Part shown: piece after piece, positions 46,818 to 55,466 of the stretch
Layout of the letters: every line of letters starts with the position of its first letter
Numbering within the stretch: position 1 is the first letter of the stretch
From: Candidatus Dormiibacterota bacterium
Lineage (GTDB): Bacteria; Chloroflexota; Dormibacteria; DASZGP01
NCBI GenBank assembly: GCA_049644325.1
Contig: JBARRR010000039.1
Location: 19,867-83,866 of the forward strand
Direction of reading: 5' to 3'
DNA length: 64,000 nucleotides
Made by a program: the position numbers and the translations under genes
Notes under the pieces: model-generated
What the model saw: the letters and a program-made list of their open reading frames with translations, nothing else
What the model was told of the DNA's origin: nothing
Database searches by the model: none

Positions 46818-48194
46818 GTGACCGAGGACCTGGCATTCCGCTTCCCGGACGGCTTCCTCTGGGGCGCGGCCACCGCCGCCCACCACGTAGAGGGCCACAA
46901 CGACAACTGCGACTGGTGGGAGTGGGAGCTGGAGGGCGGCCATATCAAGGACGGCAGCGTCAGCGGCGCCGCCTGCGAGCACTACACCCGCTACCAGCAG
47001 GACTTCGAGATGCTCCACTCCATGGGCCACAATGCCCACCGCATCTCGATCGAATGGAGCCGGATCGAGCGCTCCCCGGGCGAGATCGACGGCCAGGCGG
47101 TGGCCCACTACCGCGACGTGCTCGAGACCCTGCGCGGGCTCGGCATCACGCCGTTGGTCAGTCTCCACCACTTCACCAGCCCCACCTGGTTCGCCCAGGC
47201 GGGCGGTTTCGAGGCCGACACCTCGGTGCGGGCCTTCCGCCGTTTCGCCCGCCTCTGCGCCCAGGAGTACGGCGACCTGGTCGACATCTGGACGACCTTC
47301 AACGAGCCCAACGTCTACGCCTACCAGGGCTATGCCATCGGCGAGTGGCCGCCGCAGAAGCAGGACCTGGGCGCCGCCTCCCGGGTCCAGCGCAACATGG
47401 TCCGCGCCCACGCCGCCGCCTTCGACGAGCTCAAGTCCGGCCCCCACGGAGGCAGTGCCCGGGTCGGTATCGCCCAGCACATGCGAGTGTTCGCGCCCAA
47501 CCGGCCCTGGCTCCCTCTCGACCGGCTGGCCGCCCGGTTACCGCACCTCGGCTTCAACCACTGGTTCCTGCGCGCCTGCACCGACGGCTACGCCGGCTTC
47601 CCGCTGGGGTTCCGCGAGCGCATACCCGAGGCGGCAGGCACCATGGACTACGTCGGCCTCAACTACTACAGCCGCGACATGGTCGCCTTCGACCCCACCC
47701 GGCCGACGTCACTCTTCTCGCACAACTTCGCCAGGCCCGGCGCCGAGCTGTCGGACTTCCAGATGGAGGTCTACCCGGAGGGCATCCACACAGTGTTGCT
47801 CGACGCCTGGCGGACCTATGGCAAGCCGATCTATATCACCGAGAACGGCGTCGCCGACGCCACCGACCGGCTGCGACCGCGGGCGCTGGTCTCGCATCTG
47901 GCGGAATGCGGCAGGGCGATGCTGGACGGCGTCGACCTGCGCGGCTACCTGCATTGGTCGACGATGGACAACTTCGAGTGGGCCGAGGGCTACCGCATGC
48001 GCTTCGGCTTGGTCGAGGTCGACTTCGAGACCCAGGAGCGGATCCCTCGACCCAGCGCCGCGCTCTACAGTCGCCTCATTGCCCAGCACGGGCTGGTCTG
48101 GAGCGACCTCCAGGATTACTACCCGCGGGCGTTACCCTACTTCGTCGGTGCCGGCAGCAGGCTCAGCCGCTCCAGGCGGAGAAGCCCCTCGTAA
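46818..48194 (+). CDS. GH1-family beta-glucosidase.
   Basis: It has TFNEPN (acid/base) and ITENG (nucleophile), with an N-terminal FLWGAATAAHHVEG. The GTG start is 11 nt after the trpD stop. Confidence 0.85.
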   Translation: MTEDLAFRFPDGFLWGAATAAHHVEGHNDNCDWWEWELEGGHIKDGSVSGAACEHYTRYQQDFEMLHSMGHNAHRISIEWSRIERSPGEIDGQAVAHYRDVLETLRGLGITPLVSLHHFTSPTWFAQAGGFEADTSVRAFRRFARLCAQEYGDLVDIWTTFNEPNVYAYQGYAIGEWPPQKQDLGAASRVQRNMVRAHAAAFDELKSGPHGGSARVGIAQHMRVFAPNRPWLPLDRLAARLPHLGFNHWFLRACTDGYAGFPLGFRERIPEAAGTMDYVGLNYYSRDMVAFDPTRPTSLFSHNFARPGAELSDFQMEVYPEGIHTVLLDAWRTYGKPIYITENGVADATDRLRPRALVSHLAECGRAMLDGVDLRGYLHWSTMDNFEWAEGYRMRFGLVEVDFETQERIPRPSAALYSRLIAQHGLVWSDLQDYYPRALPYFVGAGSRLSRSRRRSPS

Positions 48195-48769
48195 GACCGG
48201 AGCGCCCCCGAGGGATCGAAGGTCAGCCGGGCGGCGTGGCCGGTGTCGATGGCGCGGCTGAGAAGGTCGGGGGTCGCGCCCTCAGTAGCGACCGCGGTCA
48301 GCTCCCGCGCCACGACCTGGAGGATGAGGTCCTCGGCGCCGATATAGATAGTCTCCAGCCGGCGCGACTCCCCCGCGCTCAGCTCGGTTCGGGCCGCCAT
48401 CACCATCGGGAAGGCGGCCGACAGGTGGTCCAGCTCGGCCTGCGGTCCCCAGCCGAGCTCGACCTGGGTGGGGCCGTCGGGCGCCACCCGGTGGGCCAGG
48501 AGCCCGTTCCCGGTGACGGTCAGCTCCAGCTCGCACTGATCGCCCCACCCGGTGCGGCTGTGCATCAGCAGGCGCCGGGTGACCAGCCTGGCGTCGAGCT
48601 CCCAGTCCAGGGTCGTGGTGAGCGTCACCGGGTAGTCGGTCCGCATACGGCTGGTCACGCGCAGCCCGGCGCCAAAGGCGTTCACCGTCAGCGCCTCGCT
48701 GCCGGCGTCGGCGCCTGCCTGGTCGAGGATCCTATAGCTGGCCTGGTGTGGCAGGGGTAGCTGGGCCAT
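48137..48769 (-). CDS. Hypothetical protein (210 aa).
   Basis: It is a non-repetitive ORF whose 3-prime end overlaps the GH1 tail by 58 nt. It is divergent from the trmK-like gene. Confidence 0.4.
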   Translation of the reverse strand: MAQLPLPHQASYRILDQAGADAGSEALTVNAFGAGLRVTSRMRTDYPVTLTTTLDWELDARLVTRRLLMHSRTGWGDQCELELTVTGNGLLAHRVAPDGPTQVELGWGPQAELDHLSAAFPMVMAARTELSAGESRRLETIYIGAEDLILQVVARELTAVATEGATPDLLSRAIDTGHAARLTFDPSGALRSYEGLLRLERLSLLPAPTK

Positions 48770-48880
48770 GGCGCTGGGATTATGGCTACTCTTGCGCCAA
48801 AGGAGATCGCCAATGCCAGAAGCAGACGTGCCCCGGGCTCACCACATCGGCTTCCAGCCCGACCCCGAAGAGCCCAAGAA

Positions 48881-49417
48881 GTGATCCTGCTGCCGGCCCG
48901 GCTGGAGGGCGTGCTCCGGCTGGTCCCCATGACCGGCGCGGTGGCCGACATCGGTAGTGGTCACGGCGGCCTGGCGCTGGCGCTGGCGGCCAGGGGGCAG
49001 CGGGTGGTGGCCACCGAGCGCACCCCACGCACGGTAGCGGGCCTGGCCGGCGAGATCGCGCGCCGCTTGGAGGCGATTGGCAGCGACGGGGGGCCGCCGC
49101 GCCTGGGCGGTGCCACCCTCGCTACGCCGACGGTGCGGATGGGGGAGGGGCTGACGCCGCTGGCCGCGGGGGAGGTGGCCACGGTGGTGATCGCCGGCAT
49201 GGGGGCGCGGAGCATCGCGCGCATCCTGGACTCGGCAGCATGGCTGCCCCGCTGGCTGGTGCTCCAGCCGATCCAGGAGCCCGAATTGGTGGCAGCCTGG
49301 ATCGAGAGCAAGGGCTGGCCGTTCACGGTGACAGAGACACGGCAAGGCCGCCGAACGTACCGGGCCTGGCGGATCGAGGTCCCCGCCGCGGTTCGTCGTG
49401 CCCAGGCCGCCGCTTGA
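48881..49417 (+). CDS. trmK: TrmK-like tRNA (adenine-N1)-methyltransferase (class I SAM MTase).
   Basis: It has VADIGSGHGGLALALAARGQRVVATE, matching B. subtilis TrmK VMADIGSDHAYLP. Confidence 0.6.
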   Translation: MILLPARLEGVLRLVPMTGAVADIGSGHGGLALALAARGQRVVATERTPRTVAGLAGEIARRLEAIGSDGGPPRLGGATLATPTVRMGEGLTPLAAGEVATVVIAGMGARSIARILDSAAWLPRWLVLQPIQEPELVAAWIESKGWPFTVTETRQGRRTYRAWRIEVPAAVRRAQAAA

Positions 49418-49836
49418 CCCACGTCGTCATCCATACCGATGGCGGGTCGCGCGGTAACCCCGGCCCTGCGGCCATTGGCGTCGTCATCGAGGTCGAAAAG
49501 GGCGGCCAGTCGGAGGTCATCCAGGAGATCGCCGAACCGATCGGCGTGGCCAGCAACAACGTCGCCGAGTACCGTGCCATCATCCGTGGCCTGGAGGCGG
49601 CCAGGCAGCTTGGCGCTGATAGCGTCACCTCGCTGCTCGACAGCCAGCTGGTGGTGGAGCAGCTGAACGGCAACTACCGGGTCAAGCACGACGACCTGAA
49701 GCCGCTGCACGCGAGGGTCAAGCAGCTCGCCGCCGAGTTTCCCCTGGTCACCTTCCAGCACGTCAGGCGGGAGCAGAACACGGAGGCCGACCGCCTCGTC
49801 AACGCCGCCCTCGACGGCAACCCAACCTCGCCGTAG
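49414..49836 (+). CDS. rnhA: Ribonuclease HI.
   Basis: It has VVIHTDGGSRGNPGPAAIG and NNVAEYRAIIRGLEAA. The TTG start overlaps the trmK stop as TTGA. Confidence 0.75.
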   Translation: MTHVVIHTDGGSRGNPGPAAIGVVIEVEKGGQSEVIQEIAEPIGVASNNVAEYRAIIRGLEAARQLGADSVTSLLDSQLVVEQLNGNYRVKHDDLKPLHARVKQLAAEFPLVTFQHVRREQNTEADRLVNAALDGNPTSP

Positions 49837-49893
49837 CCGTCCCCGGGCCGGGGCCATCACCTACAATGCGGCGCACATGAGAGGGATGGACCG

Positions 49894-50850
49894 GTGACCT
49901 ACGGCACGATCAAGTGCCCCAACTGCGGGGCGCCCATCCCGGTCAACAGCGAGGCGTGTCAGTACTGCGGCGAGGCCCTGCCCAAGGCCGCGCCCCCACC
50001 GCCGCAGGCGACGCCTTCGGTCATGCTCAACTTCAACCAGGAGGCCTTCGACCAGGTGGCGGTCGCAAGCGCTCGCAGCTTCCTGTGGGCCTTCATCGCC
50101 ATCCCCATCGTGCTGGTGGTGATCGGGATCATCGTCGCCGTTACGGTGTTCTCGAGCCTGGGACGCAGCACCTCCAGCGGCCTGTCTCTCGGCACCTCCA
50201 GCAACGTCTCCCAGCTGCAGTCCAAGAAGTGCGAGAACTGCAGCCTGCCCAACACCACCGCCAACAACACCGACCTCTCCGGGGGCAAGTTCAGGGGCAT
50301 CAGCCTGGTCAACGGCAGCTTCCGGGGCAGCAACTTCAAGAACGCAGACCTGTCCCGGGCCGACCTCAGCAACGCCAAGATGTCCAATGCCGACCTGTCG
50401 GGGGCCGACCTCACCGGGGCGAAGCTCAGCAACGTAGACCTCAGCGGCGCCAACCTCTCTGGCGCCAAGCTGGACTCGGTCACCGCCGCCAACACCGACT
50501 TCAGCCAGGCCAACCTGAAGGAGGTGAGCATCACGGGGACGCCGGCGCTGGTCAACGCCGTCCTCAACGGGGCCGACCTGACCGGCGCCACGCTGCAGAA
50601 CGCGGACCTGACCAATGGCAAGCTCGACCACGCCAAGCTCCGCAGCGCCAGCCTGACCGACGTCAAGCTGATCAACGGCATTCTCACCGGGGCCGACCTC
50701 ACCAGCGCCAAGCTGACCCGCATCAATTTCATCAACGCCAACCTGACCGGGGCCACGACCGCCGGGGTGACGTCCACCGGGACCAGCACGTGGACCAACG
50801 CCCACTGCGTCGACGGCGGCGTGGTGCCGTTCGGCGGCAAGTGCTTCTGA
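49894..50850 (+). CDS. Pentapeptide-repeat protein with an N-terminal C4 zinc ribbon and one TM.
   Basis: The zinc ribbon is CPNCG...CQYCG and the TM is LWAFIAIPIVLVVIGIIVAV. About 30 A(D/N)LSG-type pentapeptide units follow. Confidence 0.8.
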   Translation: MTYGTIKCPNCGAPIPVNSEACQYCGEALPKAAPPPPQATPSVMLNFNQEAFDQVAVASARSFLWAFIAIPIVLVVIGIIVAVTVFSSLGRSTSSGLSLGTSSNVSQLQSKKCENCSLPNTTANNTDLSGGKFRGISLVNGSFRGSNFKNADLSRADLSNAKMSNADLSGADLTGAKLSNVDLSGANLSGAKLDSVTAANTDFSQANLKEVSITGTPALVNAVLNGADLTGATLQNADLTNGKLDHAKLRSASLTDVKLINGILTGADLTSAKLTRINFINANLTGATTAGVTSTGTSTWTNAHCVDGGVVPFGGKCF

Positions 50851-50887
50851 ACTCGGTTTAGGCGCACTCCTGGCGGGTTAAGATCTG

Positions 50888-51273
50888 GTGTTGCGTGACG
50901 AGTCGGCAAGGTGACCGCGGCGGGAGCGATCCCGTCGAGGAAAGTCCGAGCTCCGTAGAGCAGAGTGCCGGGTAACACCCGGCGGGCGTGAGCCCAGGGA
51001 AAGTGCCACAGAAAATACACAGCCTCGGCGTAAGCCGGGGTGAAGGTGAAATGGTGGAGGTAAGAGCCCACCGGCGACCGGGAGACCGGCCGGCCTGGTA
51101 AACCCCACTCGGAGCAAGACCTAAAGGAGGACGCCAAGGCTGCTCGCCAAGTCCTCGGGTTGGTCGCTGGAGGCGCCGGGTAACCGGCGCCGTAGATAGA
51201 TGGTCACCACCCCAAGGCCTTTACCGCCTAGGGGTACAGAACTCGGCTTACCGCCGGTCTCGCCACGCAACAC
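50888..51273 (+). ncRNA. rnpB: RNase P RNA, bacterial type A.
   Basis: Conserved blocks are present: GGAAAGTCCGAGCTCC, CACAGAAAATACA, GGTGAAATGGTGGAGGTAAGAGCCCACC, GGTAAACCCCACTCGGAGCAAGACC and ACAGAACTCGGCTTA. The P1 helix pairs 5-prime GTGTTGCGTGACGAG with 3-prime CTCGCCACGCAACAC. Confidence 0.9.
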
Positions 51274-51442
51274 TCCCCACCAGCCCCACCGCAAACCGGC
51301 CATTTGGTGGCCGAATCCTCAATCTGGGCCTGGGGCCTCACCCAGCGCTACATCTAGGGCTGACCGGCAGCCAGGACACACCATCTAGCGATCACGCCGG
51401 CTTCGACGGGGGCCCTAACCCAACATCTTGATGCCAATTGTG

Positions 51443-51506
51443 TTGACAGGGTGCGTTCCCAGTGCTACGTTTCGCGGCGAAGTGGTAGCAGGTGGTGAAA
51501 AGTGGG
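51443..51506 (+). promoter_or_regulatory. dcw-cluster promoter (TTGACA-17-TACGTT) followed by three GTGGN direct repeats at 10-bp spacing; these are MraZ boxes.
   Basis: TTGACA is at 51443-48 and TACGTT at 51466-71. The repeats GTGGT, GTGGT and GTGGG lie at 51482, 51492 and 51502. A second TTGACA is at 51578. Confidence 0.6.
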
Positions 51507-51620
51507 GAACGATCAGTCTTCTCTTCGTCCCCCCTCGATTGGATTCCCACTTTTCGCCCCTGCGTCCCTTCGGCACATTGACAGGGGGGCCAGCGGTCCC
51601 ATCAGACGCCCGATGAGCCG

Positions 51621-52067
51621 ATGTTCGTCGGCCAATATCGACACTCGATCGACGCCAAGGGACGGCTGGCCATCCCGGCCAAGCACCGGGAGCAGCTGCC
51701 CACGGGGTCGATCATGACCATCGCCCCAGAGAACTGCCTCCGGGTGTACCCACCACAGGAGTGGGAGCGGGTCAGCGGGGAGATGCGGCTGGGCGCCGCC
51801 AGCGACCCGATGGAGACCAACCTGGCGCGGCGGATGTTCAGCCAGGCGCACGAGATCGAGTTCGACAAGCAGGGTCGGGTCCTGATCCCGGCCTGGCTCC
51901 GGGAGGCGGCGGGCCTGGGCGCCAGTGCCCAGGTAATCGGCGTCGCCAACGTCGTCGAGATCTGGAGCGACGCGAACTGGACGGCCTTCGTCGAGCAGAC
52001 CGGCGACTTCACCGGGCTGGCCAACGCCGTTGCCGAAAAGCGGCAGGGCAGCCCCGGAAATCCCTAG
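51621..52067 (+). CDS. mraZ: Transcriptional regulator MraZ.
   Basis: It starts MFVGQYRHSIDAKGRLAIPAKHR and has a duplicated SpoVT/AbrB fold. Confidence 0.9.
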   Translation: MFVGQYRHSIDAKGRLAIPAKHREQLPTGSIMTIAPENCLRVYPPQEWERVSGEMRLGAASDPMETNLARRMFSQAHEIEFDKQGRVLIPAWLREAAGLGASAQVIGVANVVEIWSDANWTAFVEQTGDFTGLANAVAEKRQGSPGNP

Positions 52068-53100
52068 ACCGACCGGGCCAGGGGGCTCGACGCGCCACCA
52101 ACCTGTTCTTTTACACGAATCAATAGAGATCCTCCAGCCCCGGCCGGGCGCCGTCTTCTTCGACGGCACCTTTGGCGGGGGAGGGCACTCCCGGGAGATC
52201 CTCAAGCGGATCAGCCCGGGGGGAATCCTCCTGGCCATGGACCGCGACCCCGAGGCCGCAGCCCGGGCCGAGCAGCTGAAGGCGGAGCACGGTGACGCGT
52301 TCCGCTTTGTCCAAGGGAACTTTGCGGATGCCAGCGACCCACTCGAGGCGCTGGGTACGGGGCAGGCGCCGCTCGACGGCGCCTTCCTCGACCTCGGGCT
52401 CTCATCGTTCCAGCTGGACGACCCCGAACGGGGCTTCAGCTTCATGGCCGACGGCCCCCTGGACATGCGCATGGACCCCGACCAGGGCCCCAGCGCCGCC
52501 GAGGTCGTCAACCGCTACCGCGAGGCGCGGCTGAAGGCCGTGATCCGGGAGCTCGGCGACGAGCCCTGGGCCGGCCCCATCGCCGCCGCGATCGTCCGCC
52601 GCCGCCGGCGCCAGCCCTTCCAAACCACGCGGGACCTCGCCGAGCTCATCGGCGGCGTCATCCCCCGGGCCCGGTGGCCAAGGCGCATCGACCCCGCAAC
52701 CAAGACCTTCCAGGCGATCCGCATGGAGGTCAACGACGAGCTTGGTTCACTGCGCGGGGGGCTGGAGGTAATCGTCAAGCACCTGAAACCAGGTGGCCGG
52801 CTTGGGGTCGTCTCATTCCACTCTCTCGAGGACAAGGTAGTAAAGGACTTTCTCAACGTCGAAGCAAAGGACTGCATCTGTCCGCCCCAACAGCCGGTTT
52901 GCACGTGCAACCACCTGGCGAGTCTCATCATCCATCCCCCCCATCCCCTAAGGCCGGGCGAGAGCGAGATCGAGGGTAATCCTCGGTCTCGTTCTGCCCG
53001 GCTGAGGGGCGCCATCCGGCTTCCCTACAGCGGGGCCATGCCGGCAACCAGGAAAGGTCGTAGCAGAAAACGAAGAAATGATCGCTCTCAGACTGAATAA
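52030..53100 (+). CDS. rsmH: 16S rRNA (cytosine1402-N4)-methyltransferase RsmH.
   Basis: It has HQPVLLHESIEIL and FDGTFGGGGHSREIL. The only canonical start upstream of the conserved N-terminus is the TTG at 52030, which overlaps mraZ by 38 nt. Confidence 0.8.
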   Translation: MPKSGRAAPEIPRPTGPGGSTRHQPVLLHESIEILQPRPGAVFFDGTFGGGGHSREILKRISPGGILLAMDRDPEAAARAEQLKAEHGDAFRFVQGNFADASDPLEALGTGQAPLDGAFLDLGLSSFQLDDPERGFSFMADGPLDMRMDPDQGPSAAEVVNRYREARLKAVIRELGDEPWAGPIAAAIVRRRRRQPFQTTRDLAELIGGVIPRARWPRRIDPATKTFQAIRMEVNDELGSLRGGLEVIVKHLKPGGRLGVVSFHSLEDKVVKDFLNVEAKDCICPPQQPVCTCNHLASLIIHPPHPLRPGESEIEGNPRSRSARLRGAIRLPYSGAMPATRKGRSRKRRNDRSQTE

Positions 53101-53563
53101 CGCTCCCGCCCGCCGGGCGCTGAGCCCTGACTCCAGGGTTAAGCGCTCGCGTGGCCTGGTGCGTATGCGCCGCCCGCGGTCCGCGGCCAGCTTGACTGCG
53201 GTCCTGCTCGGGATCCTGCTGCTTGGCGCCTTCGGCCTGCTCTACGTTGCCGCCACCGCGTCGGCCACCCAGGCCAGCTACCAGATCAACATGCTCAAGG
53301 GTGACCAGCAGAAGCTGATCGCCCAGCAGCAGTCGACCCGCTACCAGATCTCGATGGCGACCTCCGCCGGCCGCCTCGACGGCGACGCCTCGAGGATGGG
53401 AATGGTCCCCCAGAACCAGATCCAGTACCTGCCCGGCAGCCACAACCCGGTGGCGCTGGCGGGACCGCAGCAGGCCACCCCGACCGAGCCCAAGGGCTCC
53501 TTGCTGCAGCAGCTGGCCACCATCCTGGGGCGGCCCACCGAGGCACAGGCGAAGGGGCAGTGA
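53078..53563 (+). CDS. ftsL: FtsL-like cell-division protein.
   Basis: It has a single TM (LTAVLLGILLLGAFGLLYVAA) followed by a coiled coil (QINMLKGDQQKLIAQQQ). It is in the conserved position. Confidence 0.6.
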   Translation: MIALRLNNAPARRALSPDSRVKRSRGLVRMRRPRSAASLTAVLLGILLLGAFGLLYVAATASATQASYQINMLKGDQQKLIAQQQSTRYQISMATSAGRLDGDASRMGMVPQNQIQYLPGSHNPVALAGPQQATPTEPKGSLLQQLATILGRPTEAQAKGQ

Positions 53564-53640
53564 TGAGCTGGTACCGGCCCCACCCGCCCCCGATGCGCAG
53601 CTGATGCGCCGGGGATGGGGTAAATGGGAGTCGTAACCAG

Positions 53641-55455
53641 TTGAGCGAATCGTCGCGCGGGCGCCTGCGCGTCCTCTGGTTGATGGCCGGGGCCGCCCTG
53701 CTGGCCGCGATCCTGGTTTTCCGCCTGCTCTACTGGCAGGTTGCGGAGCACCAGCGCATCTCGGCATTGGCCGCCGACCAGCACCAGGTCACGTTCAAGC
53801 TGCCGGCCCACCGTGGCCGCATCCTCGACCGCAACGGCCAGCTGCTGGCGACCGACACCCCCGTCTTCAACGTCGTCGCCGCCCCCAACCTGATCCCCCC
53901 CGACCAGCGCCCCGCCATCGCCGGGCGGCTCTCGGTGCCCCTGGGGATGGAGCCACAGGAGGTCCTCAAGCAGATCTCCCAGCCGCTCAAATTCACCTAC
54001 ATCAAGCGCAAGGTGCCCAAGGCCGTCGGTGACCGCATCGATGCGATGCACCTCACCGGCATCGCCCTGGAGGCGGACTCCCAGCGTTCCTACCTGACCA
54101 GCGTCGACGCCCCGCCGACCACCCCCGGGCCGGTAGTGCTGCAGCCCTCGCCACTGCCGCTGGCGTCGCCTTCGCCGAGTCCTTCGCCAGGGGCGCCCGC
54201 GCCGCCGCCGATCCTGCCCCACTCGCTGGCCAGCAACCTGCTTGGCTTCGTCAACAATGACGGCGCCGGCCAGTACGGGCTGGAGCAGTACTACAACAAG
54301 CAGCTGAGCGGCACCGACGGCTTCGAGGCCAGCCTCAAGACCGGCGCCAACCAGACCATCACGCTCAGCGACGAACAGCGCAAGGATCCCCAGAACGGCC
54401 TCGACCTGCAGCTGGGCATCGACAGCCAGGTCCAGTTCTTCGCCGAGAAGGCCCTAGCGGATGGGGTGCGTAAGACCGGCGCCGAGTCGGGCTCGGTGAT
54501 CGTGATGGAGCCATCTACCGGCAACATCGTCGCCTGGGCCGACTATCCCAGCTTCGACGCCAACAACTTCGGCGGCACCGACGCCAAGCTCTTCACCGAC
54601 CCGATGGTCAGCGGCCTCTACGAGCCCGGCTCGGTGATGAAGCTGGTGACCATGTCCGGAGCCCTCGACAGCGGCTCGGTGACCCCGACCACCACCTTCA
54701 ACGAGACCGGCTCCGTCAACGTCGGCGGCTTCAGCATCCGCAACTGGGACGGCAAGGCCCACGGCAACATCACCATGACCCGCGTCATCGAGCAATCACT
54801 CAACGTGGGTGCCGTCAAAGCCCAACAGATGCAGGGCACCGACAACTTCCTCAACTACCTCACCCGCTTTGGCATCGGCAAGGGCACCGGTGTCGACCTC
54901 TCCGGCGAGGTCAACCAGCAGCTGCCGGCCAAGGCCGACTGGCACGCCTCCGAGCTGGCCACCGCCAGCTTCGGGCAGGGCGTGGTGGTGACGCCGATCG
55001 AGATGGTCGACGCCGTCAACACCATCGCCAGTGGCGGCCGCCTGGTGAAGCCGCGGGTGGTCACCGCCACGATCGACGGCAGCGGCCGGCGCACCGACCT
55101 CGCCCCCGACCCGGGCACCCAGGCCGTCAGCCCGCAGACCGCCGGCCAGATGCGCGACATGATGACCAGCGTGGTCGAGCACGGCTCAGGCTGGACCGCG
55201 AAGATGCCAGGTTGGACGGGGCGGGTGGCGGGCAAGACCGGCACGGCCAACATCCCCGAGAACGGCAAGTACACCGACAAAGTGGTGGCCAGCTTCGTCG
55301 GCTTCATGCCCGCGGAGAACCCGCGCTTCACGATGATCGTGATCATGCGCAAGCCCCAGGGCGGCGGGTTCCAGCAGGAGGGCACCTTCGCCGCGGCCCC
55401 GGTCTGGAAGACGATCGCCCAGCAGATCCTCGCGCAATGGCACATCACGCCGTAG
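53641..55455 (+). CDS. ftsI: Class B penicillin-binding protein (FtsI/PBP2-like transpeptidase).
   Basis: It has an N-terminal TM, SVMK (SxxK), SLN and KTG motifs. Confidence 0.85.
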   Translation: MSESSRGRLRVLWLMAGAALLAAILVFRLLYWQVAEHQRISALAADQHQVTFKLPAHRGRILDRNGQLLATDTPVFNVVAAPNLIPPDQRPAIAGRLSVPLGMEPQEVLKQISQPLKFTYIKRKVPKAVGDRIDAMHLTGIALEADSQRSYLTSVDAPPTTPGPVVLQPSPLPLASPSPSPSPGAPAPPPILPHSLASNLLGFVNNDGAGQYGLEQYYNKQLSGTDGFEASLKTGANQTITLSDEQRKDPQNGLDLQLGIDSQVQFFAEKALADGVRKTGAESGSVIVMEPSTGNIVAWADYPSFDANNFGGTDAKLFTDPMVSGLYEPGSVMKLVTMSGALDSGSVTPTTTFNETGSVNVGGFSIRNWDGKAHGNITMTRVIEQSLNVGAVKAQQMQGTDNFLNYLTRFGIGKGTGVDLSGEVNQQLPAKADWHASELATASFGQGVVVTPIEMVDAVNTIASGGRLVKPRVVTATIDGSGRRTDLAPDPGTQAVSPQTAGQMRDMMTSVVEHGSGWTAKMPGWTGRVAGKTGTANIPENGKYTDKVVASFVGFMPAENPRFTMIVIMRKPQGGGFQQEGTFAAAPVWKTIAQQILAQWHITP

Positions 55456-55466
55456 GCTTGCGGGCG

